Shown piece after piece: positions 20,257-30,261 of a stretch of 64,000 nucleotides of DNA (the first letter of the stretch is position 1; each line of letters begins with the position of its first letter). The stretch is from Candidatus Poribacteria bacterium (GTDB lineage: Bacteria > Poribacteria > WGA-4E > WGA-3G), in assembly GCA_965200205.1 (NCBI GenBank), contig CBDAUI010000002.1, positions 599,218 through 663,217 of the forward strand, in the 5' to 3' direction. The translations under genes and the position numbers were made by a program. Under the pieces are notes generated by a model. The model did no database searches. It was not told the origin of the DNA and was given only the letters and a program-made list of their open reading frames with translations.

Positions 20257-22176
20257 CTACGCGTTTCGAAAATCAATAACCGTTTGCCTATATTCTTCAG
20301 GGAGACCGATATCGAACCGTCGCCCCTTAACAACATAGCCTGAGAAACCTTCTACCTTCCGCAATTCGTCCAGGCAAGAGGTGAGTTGAAATTCGCCTCG
20401 CTCGCGCAGATTATGGGAGATGTTCTGCTCAAGGAACTCGAAAATCTGCGGTTGAATGACATAAATACCGAATACTGTCAAGAACTGATCTATGTCCATG
20501 CCATCTACGTGTAAATGCTCCATTGCGTACTCTGGGTCCGGTTTTTCATAGAATTCTGTTACCGAAAGTAGTGAATCTTCTTCTTTCCATGCACCCGTGA
20601 CACAACCGAAGTTGGATAACTGTTCAATCGGTGTCACTTTAAGCCCGACAACACTGTGACCTACCTGTTCATAAGCCTCTACAACCTGGCGGGCACAGCA
20701 CGACTCTTCATCTGAACCGTAAAGATGATCTCCGAGCATCAGCAGAAAAGGTTCATTGCCGACCCACGCCTTCGCACAATAAACAGCATGTCCGAACCCC
20801 TCTTGCACATCTTGTGTGACGAATGTCACCTTGTTCCCTAACGCCAGTATATAGTCGCAATATGTTTTATTTTCTTTGCTAAGTTTATTGTAATGCTCAA
20901 TTTGGGGCGGTGTCTTGAAAAACGATTCAAAGAGTTCCGTATCGCTGCTCTGAATGATGAGGCATACTTCTTCAATGCCAGCGTCAATCGCTTCCTCAAC
21001 AATCGCCATGATTGCCGGTTTCGCGCGTCCGGATTTATCAACGACGGGGAAGAGTTCTTTCTTCATCGCTTTTGAGGCGGGGAATAGCCGAGTGCCGAAC
21101 CCAGCTGCCGGAATAACTGCCTTGCGGACATGTCTGCTCGCCTCAATGACGAGTTTCAGGCACGACATCTGCAAATCCTGCTCGATAATCTCTATAACCC
21201 GCTGCTGGCTCTCTTCGTCTTTCACAATGAATTGTGCCGACCCGTCTCCTTGTGATCCGACACCTTTGCCCCCCCAGATATAGGGTTGAATCGGTTGGTA
21301 GTTGAGGACTTGATGAAGCACCGGTGCTGTCAGTTGCGATGGGCAAGCAGGTATGAGGTGTTTGTCGAACTCCGTCTGCGCACGGGTCATTAAATTACCG
21401 ACTGCTTCCGCATTCCCGTCTCGGAGTGCTTGGTGTGCCTCTTGTGTGATTTGCGCGCTCAGCGGACCGAGGTAGTGTTGGACGTTCTTCTCTAATTCGC
21501 TCTCTGCGAATGGATAGCAGTGATTTAATTGATTCAATATCAGGAGTGTATCTTTACCAGCACCGAGGTCAACGATGACAAAGTACATGTTTTCTGGCAC
21601 ACTGAGTTCTGTAACATCGACACGATCGCCATCAAATGTCATGAGGATAGGACGTTGGTACGCACAGCCTTGGTCCATCCGTCCACAGCGTGAAGGCGTT
21701 GTTATCTCGCCGCGGTAGGCATATTCCATCTCTCCGCGCGTTGTCATTTTAAGATCATAAGTGCGGTTGAAAGCGCGTGCGACCAAGACACTGATCGCAG
21801 CACTTGAAGATAGACCTTTTTTTACAGGGAGATCCGTAAGATAATTATCTATTTCGAGTCCTTGTACCTGGTAGTTCGTTAGGATCTGATATGCGACGCC
21901 GGCGGCATAACTAAAAAATCCACCCTTCTCAGCTTCGGTAAGAAGCGCGTCCCCTTCCATAGGTAGGCTGTAGGGACCGTGACGGGTACCATCGCTGAGG
22001 GTTGTTTTCAGAATTAGACGCGTCGGATGCGGTTTAACCTCGGCGTAAACGCCTTGGTTCGTACTCGCTATTAAGGTATAACCTTTTTCAAGTTCTGAGT
22101 TATTCAACCGGTACCTTGCTGCCCAATCGCTATGTTCTCCGAACAGACAAATTCTTCCCGGTACAAAAAGTTTCAT
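20257..22176 (-). CDS. Bifunctional GHMP-family sugar kinase / UTP-sugar-1-phosphate uridylyltransferase (GalU-like) fusion
   Basis: N-terminal GHMP kinase (MKLFVPGRICLFGEHSDW; PVKKGLSSSAAISVL ATP-binding motif). C-terminal nucleotidyltransferase (KAVIPAAGFGTRLFPASKAMKKELFPVVD matches the GalU N-terminal motif). Start set at the ATG preceded by GGAGGAG. Confidence 0.8.
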   Translation of the reverse strand: MKLFVPGRICLFGEHSDWAARYRLNNSELEKGYTLIASTNQGVYAEVKPHPTRLILKTTLSDGTRHGPYSLPMEGDALLTEAEKGGFFSYAAGVAYQILTNYQVQGLEIDNYLTDLPVKKGLSSSAAISVLVARAFNRTYDLKMTTRGEMEYAYRGEITTPSRCGRMDQGCAYQRPILMTFDGDRVDVTELSVPENMYFVIVDLGAGKDTLLILNQLNHCYPFAESELEKNVQHYLGPLSAQITQEAHQALRDGNAEAVGNLMTRAQTEFDKHLIPACPSQLTAPVLHQVLNYQPIQPYIWGGKGVGSQGDGSAQFIVKDEESQQRVIEIIEQDLQMSCLKLVIEASRHVRKAVIPAAGFGTRLFPASKAMKKELFPVVDKSGRAKPAIMAIVEEAIDAGIEEVCLIIQSSDTELFESFFKTPPQIEHYNKLSKENKTYCDYILALGNKVTFVTQDVQEGFGHAVYCAKAWVGNEPFLLMLGDHLYGSDEESCCARQVVEAYEQVGHSVVGLKVTPIEQLSNFGCVTGAWKEEDSLLSVTEFYEKPDPEYAMEHLHVDGMDIDQFLTVFGIYVIQPQIFEFLEQNISHNLRERGEFQLTSCLDELRKVEGFSGYVVKGRRFDIGLPEEYRQTVIDFRNA

Positions 22177-22324
22177 AGAGACTCCTCTGGAGGAAGTTAC
22201 CAATAACCAGTAGCCAGTAACCAGTTAAGAGACGTTGGATTCACCGAATACCTCCTTTACTGGTAACTTTGATCAACAACTCGTTTGTAGATACTTTTGC
22301 TAAGGCGCGAGTTGTTGGTCAAAA

Positions 22325-24709
22325 CTATTCTTGCAGTTGTGCCCACTGACACCGCTGCTGCCATTCTTCTGCTTTTAGTAGGGTTCCGAGTGGTAACGCT
22401 TCATTTTTTGCAATCACAGAGAATGCGTTTATCGCAGTCTCGTAATCTTGCTGATGATATGCATTAATGCCTATTAATCTTCGTCCTTCTAAGGCAAGGT
22501 CCTTGTATTGTTGTTTCGTCAGCGGCAGTGGCGATGCTGTCTCATCGGAAACGGCTAATTTTTCTAATTGCGTCACTGCGCCATGAAGATATTGATTGCT
22601 GAGCTGCCACGCTTCTTCTCTATGCAGCAGTTCGCCGGCTAAGAGGGCTGCTAACCATGTCCCCTGTTCTGCTTGAAGGCATATTGATAAGGCAGCCATC
22701 TTCTCTGCTGCGTCTTTAGGCTCAACGAGGACTGAACGGAACAACTCACGAACAGATATTTCCGCTTGATGTGTCGCGTTCGCTTGCCCCTGGGTGCTGC
22801 CTTGGTAAGAGAGTGCTGCGATCCGTTTGGTGCGTCTACGCGCCATCGTTCCGTATTCAGTTTTAATAGAAGCGTAAGTGTAGATTGCTTTTTTGTGTTC
22901 ATTCCTTAACCAGTGAATATCGCCTTTCAACAGTATCGCTTCCGGACTGAATAGTGGGTCTTTTTTGCTTGCGATACGGTCTGCTAAGGATAACGCCGTG
23001 TCATAATCCTGCATCCGATACAGACTGTACATTAAGCCGCGTAGTGTGCTTAAGTTATCGGGTTCATCCGATAGCATTGTCTTAAAGGTTTCCACGGCAG
23101 TGAGAAAGTCTTTCCGATAAAAAGCCTGCCATGCGGTATTTCTTAACACCGCCATTTCATGGGCACAGACCCGTTCAAAAACACTACGTTGTTTTAGGCG
23201 GTAATTCGCGTAGGCTACATCCTCGTCTCGGAGCCGGACACTGTCCAAAAAAGTGAGCCATTCCTGTTCAAGTGAAGACAAATCCTTTGCATAGTGACGC
23301 AGAAAATTACCGGTAGGAAAGACGCTTTTAAATTTTTCTATGCCGTAGGTGTCAACAAGGAACCGGACGAAGGAGCCCGCCAACAAATAACTCCGAGAAC
23401 CGGCATGTCCCCAGAACCCGATACCCATAATGGCTGACAATGGCGGTGCGATCTCCATCTGGCGCATCGCTTTTGCCCACTGGTGTGCTGTAAGCTTGCC
23501 TTCATCCCAGTCCGCCGCAACTGCGATCCCTTCGTGGATTCCTATCTTCAGACTGACCTTCAGTGGGGACCACGGAACAGTAAAGACGTGTGCCAATTCG
23601 TGCTTGAGAACGGGATGCGGAAAACCTTGCGCGTGAATGTGGAACCCGTGTCCGAATGGATCTTCCACAGACGTGTCGCCTGCACCGGTTAACTTCTTTT
23701 TTTGATCGGTCGATGCATAGATATACGCTCGGACTTTTTGCGAGAGCTTTCCACCTTCGGGCATGAGATAGTCGACTAATTGCGCATACTGAAATTCGCA
23801 ATCCTCGGCAATCCGATCAATCTGCGTTTGGAGTTCGCGGGCATAAAAGATTTCAAAATGTGCGGTTTCACGAAAGCCCCCGAGTGCTTCGGCAATATCA
23901 TTGCGGGTCGGACGAATTCCCAATGCTCCGGCATAGAATTGGAAACCGGTGAGGCAGACAATTAGCAGGTATAAACCTACATGTTTCGCCAATGGATTCA
24001 GGAGTTTGCGCCACCTTAATTGCGGCATCAATTCGGTGTCTCGACTGATTTCACACATACTGACAGTCAGTCCCAAAAATAGGGCTGCCCACAGTAGTGT
24101 TTCAGCACGAGCGATGAGCAGTGTGCTTGTTATCGGAATGACGAAATCGTAAATCGGTCCAGGAAAATATCCAAATGTCGCGTGATACGCAAACACCGGC
24201 GGATGAAATACCAGATTGATGACCATTGGCACACAAGAGACCACGAGAAATCCGAGATACGCCAAGTATGCCAACCATCGTCTCTTAATCCAGAACCCGA
24301 AGAATACGCCTGCTGCCGTCGCGTATAGGCAGCTAATTAACGGTAATAGAAAAAAAAAGAGAAATCCTTCCGCAAAGTTGCAATTTTTAACACGAAGCGC
24401 GTTCAGCAGGATAATACCGAGCGGTAACACAAGTAGACTCAAGTTAAAGGTCAATGCACTCCAGAAGCACCGGCTGATGATTTGTCCCGATGAACCGGAT
24501 AGCACTTCGGGGTGCCGTTTCATCTGACGGACGACAGTGAGCGTTATATGTGCCCCAACCAAAGAGATGCTGAGTGCTAACACCGCGCAAAACTCAAAAG
24601 CGAGGATGTTAAACAGCGGCAAGTTAGCGAGTATGAGTCCCAACACACCGAATGTGGTAAACCATAGCCAATATGAAAATGTCTTGTGTATTGTCGGTTG
24701 TATGCGCAT
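22325..24709 (-). CDS. Polytopic membrane protein with gluzincin-like HExxH...E motif and C-terminal TPR repeats
   Basis: ~8 N-terminal TM helices; HELAHVF...GIHEGIAV, a HExxH with Glu ~27 residues downstream; C-terminal TPR-like helical repeats. Confidence 0.55.
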   Translation of the reverse strand: MRIQPTIHKTFSYWLWFTTFGVLGLILANLPLFNILAFEFCAVLALSISLVGAHITLTVVRQMKRHPEVLSGSSGQIISRCFWSALTFNLSLLVLPLGIILLNALRVKNCNFAEGFLFFFLLPLISCLYATAAGVFFGFWIKRRWLAYLAYLGFLVVSCVPMVINLVFHPPVFAYHATFGYFPGPIYDFVIPITSTLLIARAETLLWAALFLGLTVSMCEISRDTELMPQLRWRKLLNPLAKHVGLYLLIVCLTGFQFYAGALGIRPTRNDIAEALGGFRETAHFEIFYARELQTQIDRIAEDCEFQYAQLVDYLMPEGGKLSQKVRAYIYASTDQKKKLTGAGDTSVEDPFGHGFHIHAQGFPHPVLKHELAHVFTVPWSPLKVSLKIGIHEGIAVAADWDEGKLTAHQWAKAMRQMEIAPPLSAIMGIGFWGHAGSRSYLLAGSFVRFLVDTYGIEKFKSVFPTGNFLRHYAKDLSSLEQEWLTFLDSVRLRDEDVAYANYRLKQRSVFERVCAHEMAVLRNTAWQAFYRKDFLTAVETFKTMLSDEPDNLSTLRGLMYSLYRMQDYDTALSLADRIASKKDPLFSPEAILLKGDIHWLRNEHKKAIYTYASIKTEYGTMARRRTKRIAALSYQGSTQGQANATHQAEISVRELFRSVLVEPKDAAEKMAALSICLQAEQGTWLAALLAGELLHREEAWQLSNQYLHGAVTQLEKLAVSDETASPLPLTKQQYKDLALEGRRLIGINAYHQQDYETAINAFSVIAKNEALPLGTLLKAEEWQQRCQWAQLQE

Positions 24710-24884
24710 CTTTTGGATATCGAAAGTTGTATTTATTCTCTATTCTATTCAGATATCCGCTTTGTGTCAAGCAGAATTAAGCAGGCATTAAGGGCATTTA
24801 GTTTTCCACTGTAGGAGCGAGCTGTGCTCGCGATTTTCCAGCCAAAATGATTTACCGGATGTAACATAACTTTGAATAAAAGCA

Positions 24885-24914
24885 TTGACAAAAACCTGAT
24901 ATACAATGTATAAT
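24885..24914 (+). promoter_or_regulatory. Consensus sigma70-type promoter (TTGACA - 18 nt - TATAAT)
   Basis: Perfect -35 and -10 hexamers with an 18-nt spacer, in a 560-bp divergent intergenic region ~360 nt upstream of the WD40 gene. Confidence 0.5.
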
Positions 24915-25274
24915 TAACGTAAGTTTGATAAATACTTAAGACAGACGCATTTCCTCTTAAAGTCCCCCTGATAAGGGGGATTTAGGGGGTTGTATTTCTA
25001 AAAATTGCCGCTTTTTTCACGGAATATATTGCTTTTTGCCCAATTTGCGTCTGCCTCGGAAACCTCTAATGTTTTTTCAAACTGGCGTTATAATTAAAAC
25101 CGTTGATTTCGCGAATCATTAAAATTTTCGCGTCCTTTCTTTGTCAATTACCGTATGATTATCCCCCTTTAAGTGATCTTTCTACCTTAACGACTTTCAA
25201 CACGACACACGCGAATTTTGCCTTGAGGGCACCTAAATTTCAAAAGCCTTCCGACAATAACAGGAGACATTTTT

Positions 25275-27281
25275 ATGGAAAACAGGCGCACCGCTATCCC
25301 CGCGCTCAGATCACCTGACAACACAGATGTAACAACTTGGGAACTTCCCGATGGTGCGATTGCACGATTAGGTAGGGGAATCATAGCGGATTTGGCACTT
25401 TCGCCAAGTGGCGAATCCCTTGTAGCTGCAACGACTATGGGGTGCTGGCTCTATGAACTCCCTACCATGCAACCCATCGCATTGTGGGAAACCGAACGGG
25501 GCCTGGTTTCTACTGTCGCCTTTTCTCCCAATGGACAATGGATTGCCACCAGCAACTGGGACGGTATCATTAGGGTATGGGAAGCAGAGACGCAACAGTG
25601 CACTGCCAAAATACAAGGATGGTCCCTTCATATACAAGGATGGCACCTTCGTACCTCCCAACTTGCCTTCTCACCGGATAGCCAATACCTTGCTGCATCC
25701 GGCAAAGGTTACGGTGACGTTTATGTATGGAATACAACGACCGGCATGCACGTCGCAAGTTTCAGAGTCGCAGGGACTCCGAAAAAAGGCGAACGGCTAC
25801 CCGCCCGTTTTCCGCTCTGCTTTTCACCAGACGGGCAGTATCTCGCTTATGTTTCTGGTCGGATCACTCTCGCTGTCCGCCATATAGAGACGAAGGAACA
25901 CATCGCGCTCCTGAACCATTTCTCTCGAAAACACATACACGGTCTTGCTTTTTCACCGTGCGGACGGTTTCTCGCTGTTGGTGGTCAAAATACGTCTACC
26001 CATCGTCAGAACACTGAGCTGCAGGTATGGAATATTGATAAAGAGACCCTTGAAATGAAGGATTCGGGCTATGGTGGCGATAGGTTGATACCTGCCTACT
26101 CGTCTGATGGAACCTTTCGGGTTGCCGACGTGTATAAGGACAAAGTGGTACTGTGGGACGCATTCCGGCGAGAGAAACTTGATACTTTTGAATACGGAAG
26201 AAGTGCCAAAAAGACTTTTAGGTTTTCATCTGATGGGCAGCAATTCGCAATCGCCACGGAACGTGAGGTGCGCGTATGGCGCGCGGATGCACCGCTCACA
26301 TTAGTGTCTGATCTGAGGCATACGCGCATGGTTCGGACACTGTTCTTTATGCAAAATAGCAAGACATTGGTGATCGGATACAACGGCGAAAGCGGAATCG
26401 TGTTCTGGGACATTGTTCAGAAGCGAGCGCGGCAAACATTTAGTACTTATGCTGGACAGTGCGCTTTATCCCCGTGTGAAGAGATGTTGGCTACCACCGT
26501 TGGAGAAAACAACGAAACGATTGAAGTCTTGAATGTTACTTCGGGTACCGCGATTGCAACACTCACCAAACATCAAAGTTATGTAACTGCGCTTGCGTTC
26601 TCGCCTAACGGTGAACACCTTGTTAGCGGGGATGCCGAGGGAAACTTGTCCGTGTGGACTGTTGAGTCTTGGCAAGAATCGCGCGAACTCATCGGACATA
26701 CCAATGGGATTACAGCAGTGGCATTTCATCCGAATGGTTCGCAAGTTGTCACGGCATCCCGCGATCACACAGCGCGCGTCTGGGATATTGAGAGTGGAGA
26801 ACAGTTCGGATCGCCTTCTGTGGAGTTCACATTAGCGGATGCTTCCCTTTATAAAGGGGATTCACGGGAAATCCAGCGCCGTTTGAAACGAAGAGCAAAG
26901 GTGCTGGGGATCCGTACTGTCACGTTTTCACCTTGCGGTAATCTCATCGCGGGTAGATTATGGGGTGAGATCCGTTTGTGGGATGCAGCAACTTTGGAAC
27001 CGTGTATGGGGATAATTCTCCCTGAGAGTTGCTCCCGTGTCGGTGTCGTGGTATTTTCGCCATGTGGTCAATATCTCGCCTCCGGTTCTTGGTGGAACGA
27101 AACGGACAAAGTCTCCATCCGCGTATGGGAGGTTGCCACTGGGGAAAACGTTCATACCATCTGGAGTCATCCGACAGATATTCAGGATCTCGCTTTTTCA
27201 CCAGACGGTTCGCTCTTAGCGAGTGGGAGTTTTGACGGTACCGTTCTACTCTGGGATATGAAACCGTTTATAGATGTCTAA
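25275..27281 (+). CDS. WD40 repeat protein (likely two beta-propellers)
   Basis: ~14 WD40 repeats, e.g. GHTNGITAVAFHPNGSQVVTASRDHTARVWD and SVAFSPNGQWIATSNWDGIIRVWE. Confidence 0.85.
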   Translation: MENRRTAIPALRSPDNTDVTTWELPDGAIARLGRGIIADLALSPSGESLVAATTMGCWLYELPTMQPIALWETERGLVSTVAFSPNGQWIATSNWDGIIRVWEAETQQCTAKIQGWSLHIQGWHLRTSQLAFSPDSQYLAASGKGYGDVYVWNTTTGMHVASFRVAGTPKKGERLPARFPLCFSPDGQYLAYVSGRITLAVRHIETKEHIALLNHFSRKHIHGLAFSPCGRFLAVGGQNTSTHRQNTELQVWNIDKETLEMKDSGYGGDRLIPAYSSDGTFRVADVYKDKVVLWDAFRREKLDTFEYGRSAKKTFRFSSDGQQFAIATEREVRVWRADAPLTLVSDLRHTRMVRTLFFMQNSKTLVIGYNGESGIVFWDIVQKRARQTFSTYAGQCALSPCEEMLATTVGENNETIEVLNVTSGTAIATLTKHQSYVTALAFSPNGEHLVSGDAEGNLSVWTVESWQESRELIGHTNGITAVAFHPNGSQVVTASRDHTARVWDIESGEQFGSPSVEFTLADASLYKGDSREIQRRLKRRAKVLGIRTVTFSPCGNLIAGRLWGEIRLWDAATLEPCMGIILPESCSRVGVVVFSPCGQYLASGSWWNETDKVSIRVWEVATGENVHTIWSHPTDIQDLAFSPDGSLLASGSFDGTVLLWDMKPFIDV

Positions 27282-27482
27282 AACTGCCTACCCCGATTTA
27301 TTGGTCGTAGATACCTATGAAACTCTATGCAGAATTTTCTTGCAGTTTAAGGTAAAATGTGTTAAAATACGATGTGATAAGTTTCACACGGCGGTGCAAA
27401 GTTGTGCGAAACAATATTGACACAACGCGTAAAACACTACAGCGAGGTTGCGCTTTTGGAATACGCAACAGGAGGAACTGAA

Positions 27483-28325
27483 ATGGCAAATGGAATTTCA
27501 CGATTTTTTAAGTCGATATGGTATACGTTAACAGGCCGCGCCCATGAGGCAGCGGATCGAATGATGGAAAACCCCGAAGCCGTTAGAGGGGCTTACGAAG
27601 ACATCATCAGCGATAAGAAAGGGAATATTCAGCGCTATAAACAGGCGATCGGCCAGCTTATCGCACTCGTGGAACGCAAGAAATCCACGGTAAAGAACCT
27701 TACCGACGAAGTCGAAAAGTTGGAAGAATTGAAATCTGGGGCAATCGCTAAGGCACAGCAGACCGCTGCGGACCTGCAAGCACAAGGAATGGCACCCGAA
27801 GAAGTCAAACAGCATGCTGAATATGTACGCTGCGTTACGGCTTACCAAGAATTCAATACCAATCTGGAAGACAAAACCAGACAAATTTCCGAGTTGGAAA
27901 ATGATATTCAAGAGGCGCAAGCCGGTATTGACAACCATAAAATCCAGATTACCAGTCTACATCGCGATTTAGAACAGATTAAGGATGAACAGTCTGAAGC
28001 GGTTGCTGATCTGATTACTGCGCGAGAGCAAGAGGAGATCGCCGATATGCTTTCGGGGATTAGTATGGATGGGACCTCTGCTGAACTGACCCGGATGCGC
28101 GAAATCCGCGAAAAGGCGAAAGGACGTTCAGTCGTCGCACAGGAATTGGCTGGTACCGATTCACGCTCCGAAGAGGAGGAATTCCTCGCCGCTGCGCGGT
28201 CGTCTTCAACCTCTGACGAATTTGACGCTCTGATTTTCGGGGCACAGCAGACAGATACACAGACCGGAACAGAAACAGAGTCCGCTAAGAAGGCAGAGGA
28301 TTCCGATTCTGAACTGCCGCTCTAA
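27483..28325 (+). CDS. PspA/IM30/Vipp1-family (bacterial ESCRT-III-like) coiled-coil protein
   Basis: Collinear with PspA/Vipp1: amphipathic N-terminus, MENPEAV (cf. AEDPEKM), ALVERKK (cf. ALERKK), long coiled coil, SAELTRMREIREKA (cf. SAMSAFERMEEKV), acidic tail. AGGAGG RBS before the ATG. Confidence 0.7.
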   Translation: MANGISRFFKSIWYTLTGRAHEAADRMMENPEAVRGAYEDIISDKKGNIQRYKQAIGQLIALVERKKSTVKNLTDEVEKLEELKSGAIAKAQQTAADLQAQGMAPEEVKQHAEYVRCVTAYQEFNTNLEDKTRQISELENDIQEAQAGIDNHKIQITSLHRDLEQIKDEQSEAVADLITAREQEEIADMLSGISMDGTSAELTRMREIREKAKGRSVVAQELAGTDSRSEEEEFLAAARSSSTSDEFDALIFGAQQTDTQTGTETESAKKAEDSDSELPL

Positions 28326-28437
28326 CGTGCCACTTACAAGTGTCTCGCAGCGACGCGAGTTTGCTATCTAAAACTGAAGGGGGCGATAACTCATACCTGT
28401 TAAAAGCCCGACCTACGCCTTCCGCTCAGAAGCCGGA

Positions 28438-30261
28438 ATGCTCATTAACTCTGGGACATCTCGGAGTCTCGTCCTGTCTGGAAATATCCACGATCTCTTT
28501 TTTTTTAAAGAAGAAGATAGTACGGATTATATTCCACTCGTCCCCTTTTTAACACACAGTTGGGATATACCTGGATTCATCCTGATCGTTTATGAACTCA
28601 ACGGGCCCATACGTTTCGCGCAGGAGTCGGACCGCGAAAAGGTGAAACATGCCTTCAACCGATGGCGAGGGACAGCCGAATCTGACACTGATATAGATGC
28701 CCCACCCAGCACCTCGCGCCGCCGCGAGTCTATCGTTGGATCACTTGACACCGCTATAGAACCCTCTAATGTCTCTTTCTCACAGTACATGACGGATGCG
28801 ATCGGCAGCCCGACGCTTGCGCTCGAACTCCTCCGCCAGTTTTGTCTACTTTCGCGTAGCACAAACAGAGATGGCGAAAAATTTCTCTCTGAAAAACTGA
28901 TTATCCTCATAGAAGCAGCCGATATGCTGCTGCCAGAAGGCGAAATACGCGGTTTGTCACTTCAGGATAGGCATCGGGTCAGTATCGTTCAAGACTGGAT
29001 TTCCGATTCCAATTTCATGAACGGTAACGATACTGTCATCTTCGTTACAGAATCTGCCAGTCTTCTAAACTCTCGGATTATTAGGTTGCCACAGGTTGTC
29101 AACGTTGAAATCCCGGCACCGGGGATGTCGGAGCGTCAGCACTTCATTTCGTGGTTTAATAACACGCCGCAATTGATCGCGAAACCGTTAAACCTATGGG
29201 GTACACAAGCGCAACTCGCAATGCTGACAGCCGGATTATCCATACAGGCACTCCGCCAAATGCTGCTCTACGCCTGTTATTCCGGTGAGAAACTTCAACC
29301 CGAAGATGTTATTGAGAAGGTTTCTGAATTCATCCAGACCCAGTTGGGTGAAGATGTTGTCGAGTTTAAAAAGCCTGCACACAGCCTAAAAGACATCGTC
29401 GGTAACCGAAAGTTAGTGGATTTCCTAAAAACGCAGTTGATTCCGCGTATCACCTCAACGGGTCCCGACGCGATTCCGGGAATGAGCGTCTGCGGTCCCA
29501 TCGGCAGCGGAAAAACCTTTATTTTTGAGGGACTCGCCGGTCAACTCGATATCCCGGTCCTCGTCCTCAAGAACATCCGGAGTATGTGGTTCGGACAGAC
29601 AGATGTCATCTTTGAACGACTCCGACGGTTACTGATGGCACTGGTGAAGGTGTTAATCTTTGTTGACGAAGCGGATACGCAATTTGGAGGTGTCGGGAGG
29701 GAGGCACACAGCACAGAACGGCGTTTGACGGGAAAAATACAGGCGATGATGTCGGACCCGCAGCTGCGTGGCAATATCACATGGCTTCTGATGACTGCCC
29801 GAATCTATAACCTCTCACCTGATTTACGACGCGAAGGCAGAGTCGGGGATATGGTGGTTCCGGTATTGGATCCGCGCGGTGAAGACCGTGAGGATTTCCT
29901 ACGCTGGACGATTGCGAAGGTCTCCTCCAGTCCGTTTTCTGAGGAAGATATTCAACGACTCCTGAAAGTAACCGAGGACTATTCTGCCGCGAGTTTCGCC
30001 TCGCTACGTTCCGACCTTGAAGCCGCCAGTCTTATCAAAGCGAGCTCAGAAACAACCGGTGAGCTTACAATCGATGAAATCATCGCTGTCGCCGAAGATC
30101 GGATCCTACCGAATATCGGACCCATAAGACAGTATCAAACCTTGCAAGCACTCCTCAATTGCACACGAAAATCTTTACTCCCCGTGGACTATTCCCCAGA
30201 AATCCGTGAATCGTGGGCGAAACAGATTGCCCAACTCGAAGCATTGGGTGTTAGGGGATAG
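28438..30261 (+). CDS. Classical-clade AAA ATPase with ~330-aa uncharacterized N-terminal region
   Basis: Walker A GPIGSGKTF; Walker B LIFVDEAD; sensor-1/second region of homology LLMTARIYNLSPDLRREGRVGD (cf. ATNRPD.LDPALLRPGRFD). Confidence 0.75.
   Translation: MLINSGTSRSLVLSGNIHDLFFFKEEDSTDYIPLVPFLTHSWDIPGFILIVYELNGPIRFAQESDREKVKHAFNRWRGTAESDTDIDAPPSTSRRRESIVGSLDTAIEPSNVSFSQYMTDAIGSPTLALELLRQFCLLSRSTNRDGEKFLSEKLIILIEAADMLLPEGEIRGLSLQDRHRVSIVQDWISDSNFMNGNDTVIFVTESASLLNSRIIRLPQVVNVEIPAPGMSERQHFISWFNNTPQLIAKPLNLWGTQAQLAMLTAGLSIQALRQMLLYACYSGEKLQPEDVIEKVSEFIQTQLGEDVVEFKKPAHSLKDIVGNRKLVDFLKTQLIPRITSTGPDAIPGMSVCGPIGSGKTFIFEGLAGQLDIPVLVLKNIRSMWFGQTDVIFERLRRLLMALVKVLIFVDEADTQFGGVGREAHSTERRLTGKIQAMMSDPQLRGNITWLLMTARIYNLSPDLRREGRVGDMVVPVLDPRGEDREDFLRWTIAKVSSSPFSEEDIQRLLKVTEDYSAASFASLRSDLEAASLIKASSETTGELTIDEIIAVAEDRILPNIGPIRQYQTLQALLNCTRKSLLPVDYSPEIRESWAKQIAQLEALGVRG

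Noticed and set aside
27528-27938. 136-aa antisense ORF inside the PspA-like gene
   Set aside because: Shadow ORF of a coiled-coil gene (codon-periodic Lys/Glu-rich sense strand).
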